A stretch of 64,000 nt of DNA from Eledone cirrhosa (lineage: Eukaryota), in the NCBI GenBank assembly GCA_964016885.1, contig OZ024743.1, forward strand, positions 112,654,001 to 112,718,000, in the 5' to 3' direction. Shown one piece after another: positions 1 to 12,940 of this stretch. A program made the position numbers and the translations under genes. The notes beneath the pieces are model-generated. The model did no database searches. It saw only the letters and a program-made list of their open reading frames with translations, and was not told where the DNA came from. Position 1 is the first letter of the stretch. Each line of letters begins with the position of its first letter.

Positions 1-207
1 CTCTCTCTCTCTCTCTCTCTCTCCCTCTCTCTCTCTCTCTTTCTCTCTCTCTCTTTCCCTGTATGTATGTGTATATATATATATATTAGTAAAAAGGAAA
101 AGAAAATGCTGTCAAATTTTTCCCAAATAGTTTAATTAGGAATATGTATAAATATAAGTATTGGTTAGTATTTATTTTTATTTTTTACCTGTTGCGCATT
201 TATAATG

Positions 208-297
<90 letters not shown>

Positions 298-301
<4 letters not shown>

Positions 302-1041
302 GGACACCCAGGACTGAAACATGTAGGAAAGAATGACCAGGAGAACAGAAATGACGGGTGACAGGTGTATCCAAACCGAGTCGTATGTCCCTCAAATGTT
401 CGGCAAAACGGTCCTCCATACGGCGTCCCGTTTTTCGGATACATAAAGACCCGCAAAGGGAACACTGGAGGGAATAGACAACGTGGGTGGATATGCAGGT
501 GAAGAAATGGCGGATACGGAAAGACCCGTTAGGGCCTGTAAGAGTGGTGAAGGTGGAAATAGAGGGACAAGTGTTACAGCGGGAACAGGAACAAGGATGA
601 GAGCCGGGTGGAGTCGTGGGAGAGGACGAAAAAGGACTGCGAACCAGGAGGTCGCGGAGGTTTCGGGCGCGCTTAAAAGCAGTAATGGGTGGATTTGGAA
701 AAAAGCGAGAAGTGATGGGGTCAGAAGAGAGGATACGGAAGGAACGGAGGATATGTCGCCGGAGTGGCAGGGTCATGGGGTGGTAGGTGAGAAGGAAAGG
801 AACACGGGTGTTGGGATGGCGGGGGTGAGGTGCGAGGGCTGTGGTGCGGTCTGTTTCACAGACGCGGGTGAGAGCAGCTTGGATCAAAGTGGGGGGTTAT
901 CCACGCTGGATGAACCAGGAAGCATGCGAAGGGAATGGGTTTCAACATCGTCGTCCTGGCTACAGAGCCGACGAAGACGGAGGAATTGGGAATAGGGTAT
1001 GGAGTGTTTGGTGTGGGTTAGATGGGAGGAGGTGAAGTCAA
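298..1041 (-). pseudogene. Penelope-like element fragment, Neptune-like: RT thumb, linker and GIY-YIG endonuclease; degenerate and truncated at both ends
   Basis: Minus-strand translation gives SSH..TKHSIPYSQFLRLRRLCS, VPFLLTYHP, AFKRARNLRDLLVRS, CSCSRCNTC and FTCISTHVVYSLQCSLC..RFAEH. It has a frameshift and stop near 900-930, a mutated YIG (CIRKT), and (CA)n/(TA)n flanks. Confidence 0.88.
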
Positions 1042-1056
1042 ATATATATATATATA

Positions 1057-1245
1057 GGAAAAGAATCAGGACCCCGACGGCTGAGCTCCGGCCATTTCAA
1101 CAGCTAGTTCAGAACTAGCTGTCGAAACGGCCGGAGCTCAGCCGTCGGAGTCATGTCTCTTTTCCGATTACCCACTCTGCCACCCATTGTATTGAGTACT
1201 CTGGTGCGTTATGGTCCACCTGGTTCCTTAGCATACTTCCTTCGT
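1057..1245 (+). mobile_element. Family A mini-PLE insertion (inverted arm plus tail), homologous to the 3' end of the PLE at 26407-30002
   Basis: Palindromic arms around GTTCAGAAC, then tail ...GTATTGAGTACTCTGGTGCGTTATGGTCCACCTGGTTCCTT...TTCGT into (TA)n. Confidence 0.88.
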
Positions 1246-1247
1246 TA

Positions 1248-1284
<37 letters not shown>

Positions 1285-1600
1285 TTCAAGTGTAACCAAT
1301 CTTAAAGAGAGAGATGGAGATAGGAGAGGAGAGATTGGTGAATTAGTTAGAAGCCAAAGCGTAAAGGCATGTGGTCAATGTGCAATATAAAGTGGAAAGC
1401 AGCTAGGTGGCTGGGTTCATGCAGAAGTTAGGTGCGCAGAGCTGGAAATATTCATATTTCAATATGGAGTAGCGAAACAATTGTAAACGGACATATTATT
1501 ATTATTATTCTCTACATTCCTTACATCAAACTAAAATATGTTGACAATCTTTTAATAATGTCTTTCTTGTGAAATTTGTTGTCTTGTTTTGCTTAACTAA

Positions 1601-1662
<62 letters not shown>

Positions 1663-1664
<2 letters not shown>

Positions 1665-1833
1665 AACGAGTAGGACCCCGACGGCTTATTATTTTAGTCC
1701 AGAATTAGCCGTCGAAACGGCTTGAGCTCAGCCGTCGGGGTCCTACTCGTTCCTATTACCCACTCTACTACTCTAAGTTTTGAGTACTTTGGTGCGTTAT
1801 GGTCCATCGGGTTCCTTACCACATTTCCTTGGT
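1663..1833 (+). mobile_element. Family A mini-PLE insertion
   Basis: Short inverted arm 1661-1686 vs 1730-1755; body nearly identical to 29862-30002; (TA)n on both sides. Confidence 0.88.
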
Positions 1834-1852
1834 TATATATATATATATATAT

Positions 1853-2054
1853 AACAAAGGAATTGTGGTAAGGAACCAGATGGACCATAATGCACCAGAG
1901 TACTCAATACTTAGGGTAGTAGACTGGGAAATAGGAAAACATATGACCCCGACGGCAGAGCTCAGGCCGTTTCGACGGCTATTTCTGGGCTGCCACCGTC
2001 CAGAAATAGCCGTCGAAACAGCCTGAGCTCTGCCGTTGGGATCATACTTTTTCC
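1853..2054 (-). mobile_element. Family A mini-PLE insertion
   Basis: Reverse-complement tail followed by hairpin arms; (TA)n flanks. Confidence 0.88.
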
Positions 2055-2084
2055 AATATATATATATATATATATATAAATTCG

Positions 2085-2472
2085 TAACTGAACAAAAAGG
2101 AAAAAACGAACACAGACATATATATATATATGTGTGTTCGTAATGGACCAAAATCACTAAGGTGAAAAAAATACTAACTACAGACAATAGGGTTTGCTGG
2201 ACTCAATTTAAGAACAAATTGTATTTATTTTTCTTAATTTGTTCTTAAATTGAGTCCAGCAAACCTTATTGTCTGTAGTTAGTATTTGGTTAGTATTTGG
2301 TAGCGATTTTGGTCCATTACGATTTGAACACACATATATATATATGTCTGTGTTCGTTTTTTCCTTTTTGTTCAGTTATATACGGCTCGGAAAAGCCTTT
2401 TTCCTAGAGCTAATTGACTGTAATGAGACTATTTTGAGTTTCTAACTCAATGCATGGTTTTGATATAAATTC
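2085..2472 (+). mobile_element. Inverted-arm-plus-tail element (family C), probably a PLE end
   Basis: Arms 2085-2220 and 2236-2378, ~95-nt unique tail, (TA)n context. Arm and tail resemble the element at 19013-19176. Confidence 0.65.
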
Positions 2473-2535
2473 ATATATATTTATGGAGAGACAGAGAAAG
2501 ATAGACAGATAGACAGACAACCAGAGAGAGTAATA

Positions 2536-2927
2536 TAATTGTTACCTACTTTTTGACACAAGGCCAGCAATTACCCAGTACATTACTGGGACTTTATTTT
2601 ATAGACCCCGTAAGGATGAAAGGCAAAGTTAACCTCGGCGGGATTTGAACTCAGAATGGCAAGGGCCGTAACTCTATGCGTCAAAGCATGGCGTCCGACC
2701 CTCTACCGATACTGCCAATCCACCGGAGTAATATAATATAATTGTTTCTACTTTTGACACAAGGCCAGCAAATACCCAGTACATTACTGGTACTTTATTT
2801 TATCGACCCCGTAAGGATGAAAGGCAAAGTTTTACCTCGGCGGGATTTGAACTCAGAACAGAAAGGGCCGTAACTATATTTGTCAACATGACGTCCGACC
2901 CTCTAGCGATACTGCCAATTCACCGCC
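2536..2927 (-). mobile_element. Two tandem tRNA-derived SINEs with a Meta/MESC-like central domain
   Basis: A-box-like TGGCAGTATCGG, B-box GAGTTCAAATCC, central GCCTTTCATCCTTACGGGGTCGATAAAATAAAGTACCAG, (ATT) tail. TSD CACCGGAGTAATATAAT at 2721-2737 and 2935-2951. Confidence 0.9.
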
Positions 2928-3103
2928 ATAAATTCACCGGAGTAATATAATAAAATACAGTATATACAGTACCAATTGTAAAACAATGCAATATGTTAAT
3001 ATCACTCATCATATATACCGTCTTTACATACGTGTGAGCTCGTATATATGCGAGAGTGTATCATACAGTCATTCTAAGTCTTTGTATAAAACTGATATAT
3101 ATG

Positions 3104-3156
<53 letters not shown>

Positions 3157-3209
3157 GTATGTATGTATGTATGTATGTATATATGTATTATATATATATA
3201 TATTATATG

Positions 3210-3247
<38 letters not shown>

Positions 3248-3296
3248 TATGGAATGCTGTTCGCTTTTCGCTGCAGTGTTTTCTATACCTTTCATT

Positions 3297-3341
<45 letters not shown>

Positions 3342-3503
3342 TGGTATACTTTGGGAGGGTCATGTTGCCAATAAGAAACACACGCACCAGTTGCTTTCAC
3401 TTCAATTTATTATATATTTATAAATTTATAAATTTACAAATCTACAAACTTATAAATTTCTGGTTGGTTGGTTGGTTCCACAACCAGATAGTTGTTTATA
3501 TAT

Positions 3504-3548
3504 AGTCATAGTCCTTTCGTCACACACTCTGTGACCTCTTCAGTGACT
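3504..3548 (-). ncRNA. Same hammerhead in the inverted pLTR arm
   Basis: Reverse complement reads AGTCACTGAAGAGGTCACAGAGTGTGTGACGAAAGGACTATGACT with perfect stem II GTCACA/TGTGAC. Confidence 0.75.
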
Positions 3549-4027
3549 GGGGATTCCTTTCTTTGTTTCTGTGCCTTTCCTTTCTTCTGTCCTACGCCAT
3601 TTTGTTTCTGTGTGTGTGTTGTGTGCTCAGTTTGCGCATGCGCCACATCCGGGTGTCTGTGTGTGTTTGTGTTCATTTATCTATTTGTTTATTTATTTAT
3701 TTATTTATTGTTGGTTGGTTGTTTGTTCTATGTGTGTGTGTATTTTCATTTTGTCCTTAATTGTAAGTTGTGATGTTGCTGTTCCACTCATATTTTCTAT
3801 TTAATTTTGGTTGTAATTCTTTTATGCTTACTGCCTCTGTAATTTGCCTAAACATTGCATCTTTTCTGTGTGTGGATTCTATTTTTATTTCTATGTCCTC
3901 TAATTTACCCCTGTGTTCTATCTTAGCATGTTGGTAGAGCACAGATGATTCTTTATTATCTTGAAGGTCTCGCCAGTTCGTTCCCCTATACTACGAGCTG
4001 TCTCACCTATGTACACTATATTTTTGT

Positions 4028-4960
4028 AACAACCAAAGACAAATCCTCCATTCCCATTATGCCAAACCCATGAATTCCAAACATCTGATCCACCGAAACT
4101 CGGCCATTTCGGACCATACCAAAATCAACATACTGATTACGGATTTGGTACGGGTGATGAGAAATGTGTCCCGCATGTGCAACCCCGAAGAACTAGAGAG
4201 ACACATACAACACTTCATCCACCGTATGCAATTCTCTGGCTACAATCAGAGAGATAGAATCAGAGTGTATAGAGGAGCCAGAACCAAATGGGAAAAAATG
4301 GTAAATAATGACATAAATGGGACCTGCCCCTTGTATAGGAGCAAATTTTGGAATAGAATAGAAAGAACTAGGAACAAGGCTAATAGAATAAACTCATGGT
4401 ATGATAGCAATAAATACCAGAGTGTAATGTTCATCAATACAACCCCTAGAGGCGAACTAGCCTACAAATTTAGAAGGGCCCTAAATAAACATAAACTCAA
4501 TATTAAGATAGTAGAAAGACCAGGTACCTCCGTAAAAACACTTATTAGCAAGACATACCCCTTCCAAAGACCCTCATGTATAGATAAGAAATGTATAACC
4601 TGTAAAATAAGCCCCCATATTAACTGTAAAACTAGAAATGTAGTGTATAGCATGAGATGTACTGAAGGACAATGTAGAAACAAAACTATAGTGTACATAG
4701 GTGAGACAGATCGGAGTATAGGGGAACGTATAAATGAACACTGGCGAGACCTTCAAGATAATAAAGAATCATCTGTGCTCTACCAACATGCTAAGATAGA
4801 ACACAGGGGTAAATTAGAGAACATAGAAATAAAAATAGAATCCATACACAGAAAAGATGCAATGTTTAGGCAAATTACAGAGGCAGTAAGCATAAAAGAA
4901 TTACAACCAAAATTAAATAGAAAATATGAGTGGAACAGCAACATCACAACTTACAATTAA
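4028..4960 (+). CDS. PLE polyprotein C-terminal part (RT thumb plus GIY-YIG endonuclease), 5'-truncated, uninterrupted
   Basis: HYAKPM, MFINTTPRGELA, KIVERPG, CIDKKCITC, NVVYSMRC...VYIGETDRSIGERINEH, RQITEA, LNRKYEWN. Confidence 0.92.
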   Translation, partial: NNQRQILHSHYAKPMNSKHLIHRNSAISDHTKINILITDLVRVMRNVSRMCNPEELERHIQHFIHRMQFSGYNQRDRIRVYRGARTKWEKMVNNDINGTCPLYRSKFWNRIERTRNKANRINSWYDSNKYQSVMFINTTPRGELAYKFRRALNKHKLNIKIVERPGTSVKTLISKTYPFQRPSCIDKKCITCKISPHINCKTRNVVYSMRCTEGQCRNKTIVYIGETDRSIGERINEHWRDLQDNKESSVLYQHAKIEHRGKLENIEIKIESIHRKDAMFRQITEAVSIKELQPKLNRKYEWNSNITTYN

Positions 4961-5168
4961 GGACAAACTGAAAACACACACACACATAGAACAAACAACC
5001 AACCAACAATAAATAAATAAATAAATAAACAAATAGATAAATGAACACAAACACACACAGACACCCGGATGTGGCGCATGCGCAACCTGAGCACACAACA
5101 CACACACAGAAACAAAATGGCGTAGGACAGAAGAAAGGAAAAGCACAGAAACAAAGAGAGGAATCCCC

Positions 5169-5213
5169 AGTCACTGAAGAGGTCACAGAGTGTGTGGCGA
5201 AAGGACTATGACT
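5169..5213 (+). ncRNA. Type I minimal hammerhead ribozyme in the Nematis-like pLTR
   Basis: AGTCA-CTGAAGA-G-GTCACA..TGTGGC-GAAA-GGAC-TA-TGACT: stem I AGTCA/TGACT, canonical core, very short stem III. Confidence 0.75.
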
Positions 5214-5431
5214 ATATATAAACAACTATCTGGTTGTGGAACCAACCAACCAACCAGAAATTTATAAGTTTGTAGATTTGTAAATTTATAAATTTATAAA
5301 TATATAATAAATTGAGGTGAAAGCAACTGGTGCGTGTGTTTCTTATTGGCAACATGACCCTCCCAAAGTATAACAATATCGTTTTCAACACACGATTTCA
5401 GATAAAGAATCTTGCTAAACAAATTCAGAAA

Positions 5432-5479
<48 letters not shown>

Positions 5480-5530
5480 TATATGTATTATATGTATAAT
5501 ATATATATATATATATATATATGTGTTTGT

Positions 5531-5585
<55 letters not shown>

Positions 5586-5628
5586 AGTGTGTGTGCGTGT
5601 TATGCGCTGGCATTATTAAAGGGTCGGA

Positions 5629-5990
5629 AGCGGTGGATTGGCAGTATCGGTAGAGGGTCTGACGCCATGCTTTCCAGCATAGTTACGTCCCTTTACGATC
5701 TGAGTTCAAATCCCGCCGAGGTTGACTTTGCCTTTCATCCTTACGGGGTCGATAAAATAAAGTACCAGTAATGTACTGGGTAATTTGCTGGCCTTGTGCC
5801 TAAAGTAGAAACAATTATTAAAGGGTCGGACGCCATGCTTTGACGCATAGAGTTGCGGCCCTTGCCATTCTGAGTTCAAATCCCGCCGAGGTTAACTTTG
5901 CCTTTCATCCTTACGGGGTCGATAAAATAAAGTACCAGTAATGCACTGGTTAATTGCTGGCCTTGTGCAAAAAGTAGAAACAATTATTAT
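5629..5990 (+). mobile_element. Full SINE inserted at the head of a 5'-truncated SINE of the same family
   Basis: Same SINE motifs; TSD ATTATTAAAGGGTCGGA at 5612-5628 and 5814-5830. Confidence 0.9.
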
Positions 5991-6102
5991 ATATAGAGTT
6001 ATAACGAGCTGTATAGCTAAATGTGCATGTGGGTTTGTGTGCTAGTGTGGGAATAGGCATGCCGCTGTATATAAATATACAATGATCAGTGCATATACTT
6101 AC

Positions 6103-6171
<69 letters not shown>

Positions 6172-6379
6172 CTAGATTAATGTATTAACGTCACCTATGT
6201 ATGCAAATTTATATTGAAATTTGAAAGAAAAAAATATATTTCTCTTGTTGGTGTATTGCTCATATTTGGTTTTGTTTTGGTGTTCGGGTGAAAGCTAGCT
6301 CGCAACACAAGTTATGATAAAGACACCATTTGGAGACCATTAAATGGAAGTTAATGTTGGAAAATATCTATTCTCGTAA

Positions 6380-6410
<31 letters not shown>

Positions 6411-6480
6411 TATATATCTGAGTGTATATGTGTGTGTTTCTGTGTAAGTATCTATATATAAATATATGTATGTGTGAGTG

Positions 6481-6511
<31 letters not shown>

Positions 6512-6549
6512 ATGTGTGCGTGTTTGTGTGTGTATATATAAATACTTAG

Positions 6550-6580
<31 letters not shown>

Positions 6581-6660
6581 CAGATATATATAGATATATA
6601 GATATATATATATATATAATATATACATACATCCATATGTATATATGTATATACATACAT

Positions 6661-6748
<88 letters not shown>

Positions 6749-6845
6749 CAGATATATATATAGAGAGAGAGAGATATATACATATAGATATATAATTTAT
6801 ACATACATACATATGTACATATAGATATATAGATATATATACACA

Positions 6846-6905
<60 letters not shown>

Positions 6906-6945
6906 TAGCTATATAAATATAGATATATATATAATATATACATAC

Positions 6946-6987
<42 letters not shown>

Positions 6988-7478
6988 TTACATTATATAT
7001 ATATGTGTGTTTCTATGTGTGTGTGCGTGTGTGTGTGTGTGTGTGTGTATTCACCATTAAATTTTTCTCCCCTCTATATATTATCACCTATTGGCAAATC
7101 TTCTTATCTGGGGTGAGTTAAGTGTTTTATTTACGCTATACATTTTTTCATTTGTTGTAGTTTTTGTTTTTGCCGTTGTTTTTCTTGTTGCTGTTGTTGT
7201 TGGTTCTTTGTTTTTCTATCTTATTCTTTGATTTTTTTTTATAGTTGTTGTTGCTTGAGTTTTTTCATTATATTAAGCTTTAAACTTCGATTTTGTTGCA
7301 TTTTAAGATAGTTTATATTGCTGTTATATTACTTAAATATCTCTCCTTATTTATGTTACTTTTGTTTTCTTGTAAGCGGCGTGCTGTTTTTTCTATGTAT
7401 ATATATATGAGGTGTATTAGCATGTATATACTTGTATGTAAATACACACACACACACACACGCACACACGTATATATA

Positions 7479-7555
<77 letters not shown>

Positions 7556-7952
7556 TAGTGAGTGTTTGTATGTATGTGATATATATATATGCGCTTAAAT
7601 TTATATATGTAAACATATGTACATGTGTGTATGACTGTATATATGAATAAACGTATATATGTTTGTATGTATGCATATAGGTTTATATATATACATGTGT
7701 GTGTGTTGTACGTGTATGTATGAATGCATGTATGTATAAATGTAAGTAGGGCATATGGTTGCATATATGCATGTAAGTATGGTTGTATGTATGTATGTAC
7801 GTACGTATTTATGTATGTATGTATGTATGTATGTATATAAGTATGTATGTATATATGCATTGTATTGATGAATGTATATATGCATGTATGGATAAATGTA
7901 TATATGTATGAATGAATGAATGTATGTATGTGTGTATATATGTATATATATG

Positions 7953-7984
<32 letters not shown>

Positions 7985-8848
7985 TGTATGTATGTATGTA
8001 TGTATGTATGTATCTATGTATGTGTGTATGTATGTATGTTAGTATGTGTGTATGTATGTATGTATGTGTGTATGTATATATATATATGTATATATATATA
8101 TGTATATATATGTATATATTTGTATATATATATGTATATGTATGTATGTATGATGTATGTATCTATGTATGTGTGTATGTATGTATGTAAGTATATGTGT
8201 ATGTATGTATGTATGTATGTGTGTATATATGTATATATATATGTATATATGTATATATGTATATATGTATATATGTATATATATATATGTATATATATAT
8301 ATATGTATATATATGTATATATATGTATATATATATGTATATGTGTGTATGTATGTATGTAAGTATGTCTGTATGTATGTATGTGTTTATATATGTATAT
8401 GTATATATATATGTATATATATATGTATATATATATGTATATATATGTATATGTATGTATATATGTATATGTATGTATGTATGTATGTATGATGTATGTA
8501 TCTATCTATGTGTGTATGTATGTAAGTATGTGTGTATGTATGTATGTATGCATGTATGTGTGTATATATGTATATATATATATGTATATATATATGTATA
8601 TATATGTATATATATGTATATATATATGTATATGTATGTATTTATCTATGTATGTGTGTATGTATGTATGTAAGTATGTGTGTATGTATATATGTATTTG
8701 TATATATATTAATATATATGTATATCTATATGTATATATATATGTATGTATATATATGTATATGTATGTATGTATGTATTTATCTATGTATGTGTGTATG
8801 TATGTATGTATGTATGTATCTGTGTATATATGTATATATATGTACATC

Positions 8849-8894
<46 letters not shown>

Positions 8895-9008
8895 CATGTA
8901 TATGTATGTATGTATGTTTGTATTTCTCTATGTATGTGTGTATGTATGTATGTATGTATGTGTGTATATATGTATATATATGTATATCTATATCTATATA
9001 TATATACG

Positions 9009-9043
<35 letters not shown>

Positions 9044-9145
9044 GTACGTATGTATGTACGTATGTATGTATGTATGTATGTATGTATGTATGTATGTATG
9101 TATGTATGTATGTATGTATGTATGTATTATGTATGTGTGTATATA
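6380..9145. repeat. Compound (TA)n/(TG)n/(ATGT)n microsatellite field
   Basis: Visible di- and tetranucleotide periodicity. Confidence 0.95.
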
Positions 9146-9409
9146 TGAGATATTTCGTTTCTCTATAATTTCCTATTCAAAATAGAAAGGTTATAAATTC
9201 TTCAAAGTTGAATGGAGGGAAGCAATTCATATATATTTTAGCGTTGTTGTGTATTAAACGATTGTTGGTTGTTTTATGTGTACTTCGCCATTTTTGTTTT
9301 TGAATGATCATGTGACTATCGAGAGCGAAAATGAAAGTGGCGCTGGTGGTGATGACTAGGAAGATGGTGATGTTGATACTGATGGTGATAGTGGTTGTGA
9401 CGTTGATGA

Positions 9410-12150
9410 TGATGGTGATGCTGATGGTGATAATGCTGGTGATGGTTATGACGCTGTGGTGATAATGCTGGTGATGGTTATGACGCTGATGGCGATAATG
9501 CTGGTGATGTTTATGATGCTGATGGCGATAATGTTAGTGATGGTTATGATACTGATGGTGATAATTCTGGTGATGGTTATGATGATGATGGCGATAATGT
9601 TAGTGATGGTTATGATGCTGATGGCGATAATGCTGGTGATGGTTATGATGCTGGTGGTGATAATGTTAGTGATGGTTGTTATGCTGATGGCGATGATGTT
9701 TGTGATGGTTATGATGCTGATGGTGATAATGCTAGTGATGGTTATGATGCTGATGGTGATAATGCTGGTGATGGTTATGATGCTGATGGTGATAATGCTG
9801 GTGATGGTTATGATGCTGATGGTGATAATGTTAGTGATGGTTATGATGCTAATGGCGATAATGTTAGTGATGGTTATGATGCTGATGGTGATAATGTTAG
9901 TGATGGTTATGATGCTGATGGCGATAATGTTAGTGATGGTTATGATGCTGATGGTGATAATACTGGTGATGGTTATGATGCTGATGGTGATGATGTTAGT
10001 GAAGGTTATGATGCTGATGGTGATAATGCTGGTGATGGTTATGATGCTGATGGTGATAATGCTAGTGATGGTTATGATGCTGATGGCGATAATGTTAGTG
10101 ATGGTTATGATGCTGGTGGTGATAATGCTGGTGATGGTTATGATGCTGATGGCGATAATGTTAGTGATGGTTATGATGCTTATGGCGATAATGCTGGTGA
10201 TGGTTATGATGCTGATGGCGATAATGTTAGTGATGGTTATGATGCTGATGGCGATAATGTTAGTGATGGTTATGATGCTTATGGCGATAATGCTGGTGAT
10301 GGTTATGATGCTGATGGCGATAATGTTAGTGATGGTTACGATGCTGATGGCGATAATGTTAGTGATGGTTATGATGTTGATGGCGATAATGTTAGTGATG
10401 GTTATGATGTTGATGGCGATAATGTTAGTGATGGTTATGATGTTGATGGCGATAATGCTGGTCATGGTTATGATGCTGATGGTGATAATGTTAGTGATGG
10501 TTATGATGCTGATGGCGATAATGCTGGTGATAGTTATGATGCTGATGGCGATAATGTTAGTGATGGTTATGATGCTGATGCTGATAATACTGGTGATGTT
10601 TATGATGCTGATGGTGATAATGCTAGTGATGGTTATGATGCTGATGGCGATAATGCTGGTGATGGTTATGCTGCTGATGGCGATAATGTTAGTGATGGTT
10701 ATGATGCTGATGGTGATAATGCTAGTGATGGTTATGATGCTGATGGCGATAATGTTAGTGATGGTTATGATGCTGATGGCGATAATGCTGGTGATGGTTA
10801 TGATGCTGATGGCGATAATGTTAGTGATGGTTATGATGCTGATGGCGATAATGCTTGTGATGTTTATGATGCTGATGGTGATAATGCTAGTGATGGTTAT
10901 GATGCTGATGGTGATAATGTTAGTGATGGTTATGATGCTGATGGTGATAATGTTAGTGATGGTTATGATGCTGATGGTGATAATGTTAGTGATGGTTATG
11001 ATGCTGATGGCGATAATCCTGGTGATGGTTATGCTGCTGATGGCGATAATGTTAGTGATGGTTATGATGCTGATGGTGATAATGTTAGTGATGGTTATGA
11101 TGCTGATGGCGATGGCGATAATGCTGGTGATGGTTATGATGCTGATGGCGATAATGTTAGTGATGATTATGATGCTGATGTCGATAATGCTGGTGATGGT
11201 TATGATACTGATGGCGATAATGCTGGTGATGGTTATGATGCTGATGGCGATAATGTTAGTGATGGTTGTGATGCTGATGGCGATAATGTTAGTGATGGTT
11301 ATGATGCTGATGGTGATAATGTTAGTGATGGTTATGATGCTGATGGCGATAATGCTGGTGATGGTTATGATGCTGATGGCGATAATGTTAGTGATGGTTA
11401 TGATGCTGATGGCGATAATGTTAGTGATGGTTATGATGCTGATGGTGATAATGCTGGTGATGGTTATGATGCTGATGGTGATAATACTGGTGACTGTTAT
11501 AATGCTGATGGTGATAATGCTGGTGATGCTTATGTTGATGGTGATAATGCTGGTGATGGTTATGATGTTGATGGCGATGATGTTAGTGATGGTTATGATG
11601 CTGATGGTGATAATGCTGGTGATGGTTATGATGCTGATGGTGATAATACTGGTGATGGTTATGATGCTGATGATGATAATGCTGGTGATGGTTATGTTGA
11701 TGGCGATAATGCTGGTGATGGTTATGATGCTGATGGCGATAATGTTAGTGATGGTTATGATGCTGATGGCGATAATGTTAGTGATGGTTATGATGCTGAT
11801 GGCGACAATGCTGGTGATGGTTATGATGCTGATGGCGATAATGTTAGTGATGCTTATGATGCTGATGGCGATAATGCTGGTGATGGTTATGATGCTGATG
11901 GTGATAATACTGGTGATGATTATGATGCTGATGGTGATAATGCTGGTGATGGTTATGCTGCTGATGGCGATAATGTTCGTGATGGTTATGATGCTGATGG
12001 CGATAATGCTGCTGATGGTTATGATGCTGATGGCGATAATGTTAGTGATGGTTATGATGCTGATGGTGATAATGTTAGTGATGGTTATGATGCTGATGGT
12101 GATAATGTTAGTGATGGTTATGATGCTGATGGTGATAATGCTAGTGATGG
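9410..12150. repeat. 33-bp minisatellite GATGGTTATGATGCTGATGGYGATAATGYTRGT, about 80 units
   Basis: 11-triplet period visible in the sequence and in the ORF translations. Confidence 0.95.
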
Positions 12151-12259
12151 TCGTCATAGAAACAACGTCTATGACAATGGTGGTAGTGCTGGCTGTAGCT
12201 GGAGCACAGAGATTATGGAATAGGGGATAGTAGTGGTTGTAGAGAAACCAACTATGTTA

Positions 12260-12940
12260 ATGGTAGTAGTAGTAGTGGTAGTAGTAGTGGTAGTGGTAGT
12301 GGTAGTAGTAGTGTTAGTAGTAGTGGTAGTGGTAGTAGTAGTGGTAGTGGTAGTGGTAGTGGTAGTAGTAGTTGTCGTGGTAGTGGTAGTGGTAGTAGTA
12401 GTGGTAGTAGTAGTTGTAGTGGTAGTGGTAGTGGTAGTAGTAGTTGTCGTGGTAGTGGTAGTGGTAGTAGTAGTGGTAGTAGTAGTTGTAGTGGTAGTGG
12501 TAGTGGTAGTAGTAGTGGTAGTGGTAGTGGTAGTGGTAGTGGTATTGGTAGTGGTAGTAGTAGTGGTATTGGTAGTGACAGTAGTAGTAGTAGTGGTTGT
12601 GATAGTGGTAGTAGTAGTGGTAGTAGTAGTAGTAGTTGTAGTGGTAGTGGTAGTGGTAGTAGTAGTGGTAGTGGTAGTGGTAGTGGTATTGGTAGTGGTA
12701 GTAGTAGTGGTATTGGTAGTGACAGTAGTAGTAGTAGTGGTTGTGATAGTGGTAGTAGTAGTGGTAGTAGTAGTGGTAGTGGTAGTGGTAGTAGTAGTGG
12801 TGCTGGTAGTAGTAGTGGTAGTAGTATTGGTAGTGGTAGTAGTAGTGGTATTGGTAGTGATAGTAGTAGTAGTAGTGGTAGTGATAGTGGTAGTAGTAGT
12901 GGTAGTAGTAGTGGTAGTGGTAGTAGTAGTGGTAGTAGTA
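12260..12940. repeat. (GTA/GTG)n triplet array
   Basis: Direct reading. Confidence 0.95.

Larger units (their letters stand above)
3341..5433 (+). mobile_element. 5'-truncated Penelope-like element, Nematis-like, with inverted pseudo-LTR
   Basis: Near-identical inverted arms ~3341-4027 and ~4680-5379, unique ~55-nt tail 5380-5433, inserted in (TA)n. Confidence 0.93.

Noticed and set aside
483-995. 170-aa plus-strand ORF
   Set aside because: Antisense shadow of the Neptune-like PLE frame.
5629-5720. tRNA gene
   Set aside because: A and B boxes are present but there is no cloverleaf, and it continues into the SINE body; it is a SINE head.
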